Below are positions 63,340 through 64,000 of a stretch of DNA of 64,000 bases, in pieces. This stretch comes from Somniosus microcephalus (Eukaryota): NCBI GenBank assembly GCA_052327205.1, contig CM126205.1, positions 254,448,001 to 254,512,000 on the forward strand. The letters are read 5' to 3'. The notes below the pieces were generated by a model. That model ran no database searches. It saw nothing but the letters and a program-made list of their open reading frames with translations, and was not told the DNA's origin. Every line of letters starts with the position of its first letter. Position 1 is the stretch's first letter. Position numbers and translations under genes: made by a program.

Positions 63340-64000
63340 GTACCTACACGTGTGTTACATCAAAAGAAAGCTTACGATTCCAGAACCGTCATAAGCGTAT
63401 TTACGTTTCGGCAAGACAAAAATTGCGCCCGCGGTATCCAAAAAACGTTCAACATTCCGCTCATTATCCGCTAATTAGCATCGAGTGACGTCGAGGTCGA
63501 CCAATCGTACGGTCGAGCGACCCGACGGTTGACCAATCGCTGCGTGGCAGGGGCGGGTTCCTGGCGCGTGCGCGCGGGCCCTCCTAGAGTCGAGTGACGG
63601 GACGATTGACCAATCCTACGCTTCAGTGACCTGACGGTCCACCAATCGGTGCGTGTATGGGCGGGCCTTATCGTTCTGAACCGAGGTGAGTCGCCGCCAT
63701 CTTGATTCCAAACTTTTCATTTCTTTTTCCCGCTTTCTGCGTCTTTAAAAAAAAAAGTTACTTTTAAAAAGTGAATTACTTTCTAAATCTTTTATCTAAT
63801 CTCATTAATTTTCCTACCATTCCCCGTTTTTGCAGGTAGGCCTCGAAGCCTGGGCGTCTGTTGCCAGCCATGCTGGACCCTAGGCAATTGTTTTGTGGCA
63901 AGCTCCTCCCACCCCTCACCCCCCACCGCCCCCCCCCCCCCCCGCTGGGCCCGATTCCGAACCAGCGGCCAGCCATCTTGGTAAAGGCTGGCTGGGCTCA
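63340..64000 (+). promoter_or_regulatory. CpG-rich promoter-like region with four CCAAT boxes, CRE-like sites, GC boxes, YY1-like motifs and a splice donor
   Basis: CCAAT at 63501, 63533, 63610, 63642; TGACG at 63486 and ~63595; GGGCGGG at ~63550 and ~63659; GCCGCCATCTTG at ~63693; GAG|GTGAGT at 63686. Confidence 0.6.

Noticed and set aside
1-64000. CRISPR arrays, rRNA or prokaryotic operons
   Set aside because: No regularly spaced repeats or rRNA motifs; the sequence is vertebrate intronic DNA.

Overview
Eukaryotic, repeat-dense genomic DNA, most likely from a cartilaginous fish (V-SINE/HE1-like and Deu-SINE/SacSINE1-like SINEs, abundant CR1 LINEs). Most of the window appears to be intronic sequence of a + strand gene that I tentatively identify as ERICH2 from the exon at 45622-45851 (acidic tract followed by APIELMGE). 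It also holds two tandem copies of a 120-nt symmetric exon (20577-20696, 29965-30084). The introns contain two Ty3/Gypsy (Mag-like) LTR retrotransposons, a solo LTR, CR1/L2 LINEs, a Penelope-like fragment, one near-complete and three partial PIF/Harbinger elements, and several MITE/foldback elements. The most interesting signal is that each duplicated exon is bracketed by ~85-nt complementary intronic segments, allowing competing RNA pairings. Other notable items are a double-foldback element, a locally templated 600-bp insertion and a duplicated CRE-CCAAT-CCAAT-GC module at the right end. All alignments were done by eye; coordinates of decayed repeats are approximate and no database searches were run.
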